From assembly GCA_017513085.1 (NCBI GenBank), contig JAFWDK010000034.1, positions 1 to 40,080 on the forward strand: a stretch of 40,080 nucleotides of DNA. Direction: 5' to 3'. Position 1 is the stretch's first letter. Every line of letters starts with the position of its first letter. A program made the position numbers and the translations under genes. The notes below the pieces were generated by a model. The model saw nothing but the letters and a program-made list of their open reading frames with translations. It ran no database searches and was not told where the DNA came from. Shown here in pieces: positions 34,206 to 40,080 of this stretch. This DNA is from Clostridiales bacterium (GTDB lineage Bacteria > Bacillota > Clostridia > Saccharofermentanales > Saccharofermentanaceae).

Positions 34206-36386
34206 TTATCCTCTTGTGAAGTAAAGGACCATTCCGTCAGCAATACCCTGAGCGACCTTTTCCTGGATCGCCGGATCCTGCAGATTCTTTCTGTCCTGAT
34301 CGTTAGTAAGATAAGCCACCTCAACCATCGCCGAGGTCACACCATGCTCACGCAAAACGCAGAAGTTATCCGTGATCGTATGGCGGGAAGAAGCAAACTG
34401 CGGCACCCGACCAACTACGCCTCTATAAAGGCAAGAAGAATAATACTGGTTCATTCCTCCGTCACGTCCGGTCAACGGTTCACGGATCGGGCAACGCGGA
34501 TCCTTATACATATCCGGATCACGCTTGACCATTCTGGCTTCACTTTCCTTCATGGATTGGTCGGTCACATAATATACAGAAGTGCCATGCGCAGCTTTGC
34601 TGTCCGCAGCATTGCAATGGATCGATACGAAGGCGAAATTAACCATGGACTGCTCTATGAAGAAAAGCTGTTTCAATTCATCACACATACCGGTTCCGCC
34701 CATGATGCCCATACCTTCGATCTCATTGGTATTCTGGCGGAATACTTCTGCCAAAGAACCCTCAATATACATCTGGATATACGACGGAACCCCTTTAAGG
34801 CCATTATCATTCAGATAACGCATGCAATACTGGTGCACGATTGCATTTCGGGAGTAAAGGCTTACCCAACTGTTATCCGTTCTCGTCATAACGACCGTAG
34901 CACCCAGAGCCTCAAGTGCTTTTTGCGTCTTCAAAGCAATCGCCAGATTGATCGGAGCCTCCTGGACACCGTGTACCACTGCGCCCGGATCGATCTTACC
35001 GTGACCGGCATCCACAAAAATCACTTTTCCCTCCAAAGGACGTTCCTTCTTCGGCACTTTTAGGCTAAACGGACGGTTATATTTTGCAAGATCGAAACTC
35101 TTACAGATATTCGTGAATTCCTCGGAGCTAACAAATGCATTGAAGATCAATTCACGCGGAAGACCGGATCTCATCCAGTTATCCATGCCGCCCTCATCAG
35201 GCTGGCGGTTCATAAATACGCGATACAGAGTTGTCAGAAATGTCTTTGTGTCTACTTTCTTATTGAGATACTCCTCACTGAATACAAACTTGGATGCTGC
35301 CGCGCCCAGGCTGACATTGTGATTCATGATCTGATCCACCCAGAACTGGAGGCCTTTAAATTCGCCATCACGATCCAGGCATTTCTTATACATACGATTA
35401 ATGAAACTATAAGTGCGATTAATCGCTTTCAGGGAATGTCCCTGCAAATACATACCGGCTTCTACGCCGAATGTGCTGCAAATATTGAAGAATTCTTCCG
35501 CATTGACGAAACCGGCATAAAGCTGTTCCATGGTCAGTCCGTCACGGAAACGGCCCATCCAGTAATCGATTCCGCCCTGCTCGCCTTCACGGTCCATGAA
35601 AGTCCGGTACATGATATCCAATCTTTCACGGTCACTCAGGGATCTATTGGCAAACTCTTCGCCTACGACAAAGCCATATGCGACTTCGGCAGCAGTCATT
35701 TCGCCCTTATTCAGTTTGGTCGTCCAGAATGCAAGTCCACCTTCTTCCGGTTCACGTCCCAGTACAAGCTGATACAGACGTGTGACAAATCCTTTCACGC
35801 CCTGTTCCGGAGACGGGGTAACCGGAGCTGCTGTCGGGGTTTCGGTCAGAGTCGGTTCCGGAGTTTCCGTGGGGACAGGAGTCTCTGTCGGCGCAGGTGT
35901 TTCTGTAGGGGTAGGTGTTTCTGTAGGGGCAGGTGTTTCTGTTGGGATAGGTGTTTCTGTTGGGACCGGAGTCTCTGTCGGGACCGGCGTTTCAGTTGGA
36001 ACCGGTGTCTCCGTAGGTGCAGGAGTCTCTGTAGGTGTCGGGGTTTCCGTCGGAACTTCCGTTATGGTCGGAACCGGCGTTTCTGTCGGAACTTCTGTAA
36101 CCGTCGGAACCGGCGTCTCATCCGGAACGTCGGTAGGTGTAGGAGTTACCGTTACATCCGGGGCCTCGGTCGGTGTCGGTTCCTGCTCTCCCGGTTCTTC
36201 TTTCTTGACATCACCGGAAGGCGAATCGACCGGATCTTCAACTTTCACATCTTCTGCTGAAACCGTATCCGCTCCCAGCGCCAAAGCTTTCTTCGTTCCT
36301 ATCGGCGCAAACGTAGAAAACAACAACGAAAACATAACCAGAGCCGCGACCTTTGTAACCCATCGCGGTAAAACCCGTCCAAGCAT
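34206..36386 (-). CDS. Secreted N-acetylmuramoyl-L-alanine amidase (Amidase_3) with PT linker and DUF4214-like repeats
   Basis: Signal peptide, (PTET)n linker, repeats F..RLY...LGRE....GL.FW, and Zn ligands/catalytic residues DAGHG, E, SIHCN and VEVAYL. Confidence 0.88.
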   Translation of the reverse strand: MLGRVLPRWVTKVAALVMFSLLFSTFAPIGTKKALALGADTVSAEDVKVEDPVDSPSGDVKKEEPGEQEPTPTEAPDVTVTPTPTDVPDETPVPTVTEVPTETPVPTITEVPTETPTPTETPAPTETPVPTETPVPTETPVPTETPIPTETPAPTETPTPTETPAPTETPVPTETPEPTLTETPTAAPVTPSPEQGVKGFVTRLYQLVLGREPEEGGLAFWTTKLNKGEMTAAEVAYGFVVGEEFANRSLSDRERLDIMYRTFMDREGEQGGIDYWMGRFRDGLTMEQLYAGFVNAEEFFNICSTFGVEAGMYLQGHSLKAINRTYSFINRMYKKCLDRDGEFKGLQFWVDQIMNHNVSLGAAASKFVFSEEYLNKKVDTKTFLTTLYRVFMNRQPDEGGMDNWMRSGLPRELIFNAFVSSEEFTNICKSFDLAKYNRPFSLKVPKKERPLEGKVIFVDAGHGKIDPGAVVHGVQEAPINLAIALKTQKALEALGATVVMTRTDNSWVSLYSRNAIVHQYCMRYLNDNGLKGVPSYIQMYIEGSLAEVFRQNTNEIEGMGIMGGTGMCDELKQLFFIEQSMVNFAFVSIHCNAADSKAAHGTSVYYVTDQSMKESEARMVKRDPDMYKDPRCPIREPLTGRDGGMNQYYSSCLYRGVVGRVPQFASSRHTITDNFCVLREHGVTSAMVEVAYLTNDQDRKNLQDPAIQEKVAQGIADGMVLYFTRG
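35820..36180 (-). repeat. Coding tandem repeat, about 18-bp unit encoding PTETP(V/A/T/I)
   Basis: Repeated GGTGTTTCTGT(A/T)GG and GGAGTCTCTGTCGG units on the plus strand. Confidence 0.9.
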
Positions 36387-36471
36387 TTACATAACCTCCA
36401 TAAAACATGAAAAAACTCACATGTCGGAATTATTTTAGCACATATTCCCGGAAGTCAAAATTACTGTATTA

Positions 36472-36762
36472 TCACAATTCTTCAATATGCTCTTTGCCTA
36501 GAGCCAGTATTTCTTTTACATGTTCGTCAGCCAACGCATACGAGATCATCTTTCCGGAACGCGTATTCCGGACAAGTTTGTTCTGCTTCAAAACTTTCAG
36601 CTGGTGTGATACGGCAGACTGATTCATCTCCAGTGCATCCGCCAGTTCACCCACACAACGTTCGCCGCCCATCAGTTCGTAAAGTATCCGAAGTCTGGTC
36701 GAATCCCCGAAGACCTTAAACAGGTCAGCAAGGTCATATAAAATCTCATCCATTTTTTCCAT
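36472..36762 (-). CDS. ArsR/SmtB-family metal-sensing repressor
   Basis: FKVFGDSTRLRIL, CVGELA, SAVSHQL and an alpha5 site D-E-H-x10-H-x2-E. Confidence 0.92.
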   Translation of the reverse strand: MEKMDEILYDLADLFKVFGDSTRLRILYELMGGERCVGELADALEMNQSAVSHQLKVLKQNKLVRNTRSGKMISYALADEHVKEILALGKEHIEEL

Positions 36763-37291
36763 CTTTCTCCTCGTTCTCTAAGATCCCGTCCTCGATCAAC
36801 TTTTTCTTGACCATTTCCGCCACATCTTTAGGACGGCCGTGGCGGACTTTCAGCCTTATATCCGCATATCGGAGATAGAGCGGTCTTCTCTCAAAAAACA
36901 CGCTCGGAATAGTCTGCGTTTTCCCTAACACCACACCTCGTCTTTTCGGATCTCCGATCCGTCTGGTCAGCGTCCGAAGCTCCGTGTCCAGAAAAACGAC
37001 TTTGGAAACATATGTCAGATACGTCATAGCATGTTCATGCAGGATAGCGCTTCCACCGGTCGCGACGATCTTCGGCGAATCATCCATAGACAGAAGCGCA
37101 TTCTCTTCCGCCTCCATGAAATACTTCATGCCCTTTTGTGTCTGGATTTCCGCCAGCGGCATGCCTTCGCGGTCGATGATCAAGCGATCCGTATCTATAA
37201 AGGGGACACCCAGTTCCTGAGAAAGGATCCGTCCGACAGTACTCTTGCCGCTGCCCGGCATTCCGATCAGAACAACCATCTTCTTCAGCAA
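36746..37291 (-). CDS. aroK: Shikimate kinase
   Basis: LIGMPGSGKST, FIDTD, ATGG and ERR.LY. Probable TTG start at 37291 after AAAGGGGG (ATG 37279 is possible). Confidence 0.85.
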   Translation of the reverse strand: MLKKMVVLIGMPGSGKSTVGRILSQELGVPFIDTDRLIIDREGMPLAEIQTQKGMKYFMEAEENALLSMDDSPKIVATGGSAILHEHAMTYLTYVSKVVFLDTELRTLTRRIGDPKRRGVVLGKTQTIPSVFFERRPLYLRYADIRLKVRHGRPKDVAEMVKKKLIEDGILENEEKDGKNG

Positions 37292-37530
37292 AAGCACTTC
37301 CCCCTTTCCTTCTTTGCGTCCCGTCCATCCGTTGGCAAAGATGTTAGTTATATATAACCAGTATAACAATTCGAAAGAAAAAACGTACCCTCTTTTCAAA
37401 TCAAAATCTGACGTTTTTCCAAAATTTCGTGCATTTATCGGATTTCAGAACCTACAGCGACCTGTTATAATGTTCTCTGTTTGAAAAAGACTGCAATATA
37501 TTTCTATAACTATAAAGTGAGGTATTCCGA

Positions 37531-38913
37531 TTGGCTGAACTATCCCGTGACCAGAAACAATTCCGGAGAATGACGGAATCTCCCGTCTGTCCGCTTGTCC
37601 TGAAACTTGCGATTCCGACTACGGTCAGCATGCTGGTCACCGGCATCTATAACACTGCCGATACCTACTTTGTTTCCCAACTCGGCAAGAGCCAGTCTGC
37701 AGCGGTCAGTGTCGTCTTTTCCCTCATGGCGATCATCCAGGCCATCGGCTTTACGCTCGGCATGGGCTCGGGAAGCATCATCTCCCGCGCACTTGGCGCC
37801 AAAGACAAAGACACAGCCAGTCATGCACTGTCCACCAGCTTTTTTTCCGCTTTGGGCATCGGAGTTCTGATCACCACCATTGGTCTTCTCTTTCTTGAGC
37901 CGATCATGAATATGCTTGGATCGACCCCCACTGCGCTTCCATATGCCAAAGTATACGCACGTTACATCCTTTTCGGCGCACCGATCATGATGGGCACCTA
38001 TGTCCTCAATAATCTCTGGCGCTGGGAAGGCAAAGCCGTCTTCTCCATGATCGGCATCGGTCTGGGCGGCGTGCTCAACATTTTTCTCGACCCGCTGTTC
38101 ATCAATATTCTCGGACTTGGCGTCGCCGGTGCAGCTATGGCAACACTTCTCAGCCAGTGCATCTCTTTTGTACTGCTCTTGATACCCGTGCTTCTGAAGA
38201 AAAACATCTCCAGGCTTTCTCTCTCCTTATTTTCCAAAGAGAAATCTCTCCATCTCAACATCTGGTTTACCGGACTTCCTTCACTTCTTCGCCAGGGACT
38301 TGCCAGTATTTCCACCATCTGTCTGAACAAGGTGGCCGGTGACATCGCGCAGGATTCCGCGCTCTCGGCTATGGGCATCTTCGGAAAAGTCTTCATGCTG
38401 ATCTTCTGCTTTCTTCTCGGCATCGGTCAAGGCTATCAGCCTGTCCTCGGTTACAATTTCGGTGCCAAACGCTGGGATCGTGTAAAAACAGCATTCATCT
38501 TTACATTCATTTTCGGCACGGCTCTTATGACCGTTTTCGGCGTTATCCTCTTCATCCTTGCACCGACTCTCATGCCCTTGTTTATTGATGATGCCCAGGC
38601 AATCGAGATCGGTTCCCGTGCCCTTCGCATAGAAGCGCTCGTTATGCCTCTTCTCACCACAAATGTCATGTGCAACATGACTTTCCAGTCCATGGGACAG
38701 CGTTTTAAAGCTTCTTTTCTCTCCAGTTTAAGACAAGGTCTTTACTTCATTCCTTGCGTCTTCATTCTGCCTGCGATCTGGGGATTGACGGGTGTGGAGA
38801 TGATTTTCCCGGCCAGTGACATTCTGACTTTTTTGACCAGTCTTCCATTTGCGATCCATTTTCTGTTCGTATTGAATAAGAAGATCCATACTCCAAAAAC
38901 CGATGAAGAGTAA
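37531..38913 (+). CDS. MATE-family efflux transporter
   Basis: LAIPT..SML....YN.AD, GIGQGYQP..GYNFGA, NIFLDPLFI and about 12 TM; TTG start after GAGGT. Confidence 0.93.
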   Translation: MAELSRDQKQFRRMTESPVCPLVLKLAIPTTVSMLVTGIYNTADTYFVSQLGKSQSAAVSVVFSLMAIIQAIGFTLGMGSGSIISRALGAKDKDTASHALSTSFFSALGIGVLITTIGLLFLEPIMNMLGSTPTALPYAKVYARYILFGAPIMMGTYVLNNLWRWEGKAVFSMIGIGLGGVLNIFLDPLFINILGLGVAGAAMATLLSQCISFVLLLIPVLLKKNISRLSLSLFSKEKSLHLNIWFTGLPSLLRQGLASISTICLNKVAGDIAQDSALSAMGIFGKVFMLIFCFLLGIGQGYQPVLGYNFGAKRWDRVKTAFIFTFIFGTALMTVFGVILFILAPTLMPLFIDDAQAIEIGSRALRIEALVMPLLTTNVMCNMTFQSMGQRFKASFLSSLRQGLYFIPCVFILPAIWGLTGVEMIFPASDILTFLTSLPFAIHFLFVLNKKIHTPKTDEE

Positions 38914-38987
38914 TACTTGATCTATAATTCCGTTTTCCAGAAAGAATGCGCGCCACTATACTGATTTTATAATGTTATTTTCTTTTG

Positions 38988-39019
38988 TGTTTCTTTGATA
39001 TACTATACTCAAAGAAACA
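38988..39019. repeat. Perfect 11-bp inverted repeat abutting the lipoprotein SD
   Basis: TGTTTCTTTGA-tatactatac-TCAAAGAAACA, followed directly by AGGAGG. Confidence 0.75.
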
Positions 39020-39034
39020 AGGAGGAATAAAGAA

Positions 39035-39889
39035 ATGAAAAAGAAACTACTTACTTTACTTACTGTAAGCGCACTCGTGACAAGCATTATCAGCGGTTGC
39101 AGTTCCAAGTCCGAATCTACGACCACAACTACTGCAACGACCGCTTCGGAGACTACAACTGAAGCTACGACCACGACCGAGGCCACAACCACCGAAGCCA
39201 CGACCACCGAGGCTACGACGACAATCGAAGAGACAACTACGACTGAGGCAACTACCACGACAGAAGAGCCTACAACACAAACAGAATCATCTTCTATTCC
39301 TGTCATATCCGCTTCCGAAATCAAAGATGGAGAATATCGGGGATATGTATCCAAAGTCAGTTCCGACGGAAAGAAAGTCTTAATTACGCTGGGAACACCA
39401 ATCACTTTCACGCAGGAGGAAGCTTCCAAGATGAAAGTCGGTGACAAGGTCAAGGTAAATAGCCAAGACATTCCGTCCGACTCTATCACCGTCAGCGCGA
39501 TTGAAGATGACGGTACGATCTTCTTCGAAGAATATTACGTTCTGGAAAAAATGGAGGATGGTCTTTTCCATCTGCTCGGTTCAAGCGACATTGAGATGAC
39601 TCAAAACGATTTCACAGCCGAAGTTCCTCTTTCGGATTCGGTTGAGGTCAATGATTCCTTTTCTTTCCTTCTCACCGAGGAAGAAAAAGAAGCATTCAAG
39701 AAAGCAGAGAAGAGCGGCAATCCTCTCTTCGACTCCTGCTTCTGGTGGTATTGTACAAAGCGTGATAATGCGGAACTAAGCGGACAAGATCCTGAAAAGC
39801 AGGGTGGCTTTTATGACACAATCGGAAGCTGTCGTAGCGTAACCATCAAAGACGGCGTCATTAACACCATCTTCTTCTTCTGGACCTGA
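39035..39889 (+). CDS. Lipoprotein with (TTTEA)n linker, unknown function
   Basis: MKKK, hydrophobic stretch, ISGC lipobox, Thr/Glu repeats at about 39110-39280, beta-rich C-domain and AAGGAGG SD. Confidence 0.85.
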   Translation: MKKKLLTLLTVSALVTSIISGCSSKSESTTTTTATTASETTTEATTTTEATTTEATTTEATTTIEETTTTEATTTTEEPTTQTESSSIPVISASEIKDGEYRGYVSKVSSDGKKVLITLGTPITFTQEEASKMKVGDKVKVNSQDIPSDSITVSAIEDDGTIFFEEYYVLEKMEDGLFHLLGSSDIEMTQNDFTAEVPLSDSVEVNDSFSFLLTEEEKEAFKKAEKSGNPLFDSCFWWYCTKRDNAELSGQDPEKQGGFYDTIGSCRSVTIKDGVINTIFFFWT

Positions 39890-39940
39890 TACGTTAAATA
39901 TACATTTACGGAATGAATAAAAGAGAGGGACATCACCGGT

Positions 39941-40080
39941 TGATATGTACCCAGGAAACTGGACACATAGATTAATGAATTTGTTTTAACAGATGGATGT
40001 CTTCCTGTAAACAGCAGGAGGCATCCATCTTGTTTTGGCTTGAATTCTTCTGTTGTTGTAATAGTCTATATACTTATCTA
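39941..40080 (-). mobile_element. IS3-family (IS150-like) insertion sequence, right end (truncated by window edge)
   Basis: Terminal IR TGATATGTACCCAGGAAACTGGACAC (39941-39966) has the TG...CCC.....GGACA pattern, and the transposase C-terminus lies on the minus strand. Confidence 0.85.
39986..40078 (-). CDS. IS3-family transposase OrfB C-terminal fragment (not in ORF track)
   Basis: Manual translation ...DKYIDYYNNRRIQAKTRWMPPAVYRKTSIC*, matching the integrase-core tail YI.YYN..R......P..Y. Confidence 0.85.
   Translation of the reverse strand, partial: DKYIDYYNNRRIQAKTRWMPPAVYRKTSIC

Noticed and set aside
35820-36180. Tandem repeats as a CRISPR array
   Set aside because: No unique spacers, variation falls at synonymous codon positions, and there are no cas genes.
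35782-36438. (VSVG)n ORF on the plus strand, and Val-rich ORF 38956-39489 on the minus strand
   Set aside because: Antisense read-outs of the PTET and TTTEA coding repeats.
39941-40036. Riboswitch or ncRNA after the last lipoprotein
   Set aside because: Better explained as an IS3 terminal inverted repeat plus transposase tail.

Overview
Chromosomal, mostly housekeeping DNA from a Clostridia-like (Firmicutes) anaerobe; the mdh sequence and DUF4214-type repeats suggest a Hungateiclostridiaceae/Saccharofermentans-like organism (inference). The window runs from the 5' end of a 16S rRNA gene (left edge, minus strand, with its sigma-A promoter) to the right end of an IS3-family element (right edge), so it probably spans a whole contig between two repeats. 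It contains the rpmH-rnpA-yidD-yidC-jag-mnmE-mnmG-rsmG operon (rpmH is missing from the ORF track). dnaA and a DnaA-box cluster are absent from their usual place opposite rpmH, where an alr-nnrD-metA operon sits instead. Also present: gyrA without gyrB, an ECF sigma/anti-sigma pair with a candidate autoregulatory promoter, an LDH-like enzyme carrying the MDH-type Arg, MgtA, a DD-carboxypeptidase, Ddl, a GT-C-like membrane protein, a 7TM-HD-GYP protein, a MnmM-like methyltransferase, a DUF4214/PT-linker amidase with two catalytic-domain insertions, an orphan SmtB-type repressor, AroK, a MATE transporter and two Thr-rich lipoproteins. I saw no CRISPR array, tRNA, prophage or defence island, and no unmistakable novel system. 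The best leads are a structured ddl leader, the GT-C plus Thr/Pro-rich surface proteins, the atypical amidase, the rpmH/dnaA decoupling and an IS inserted into a terminator.
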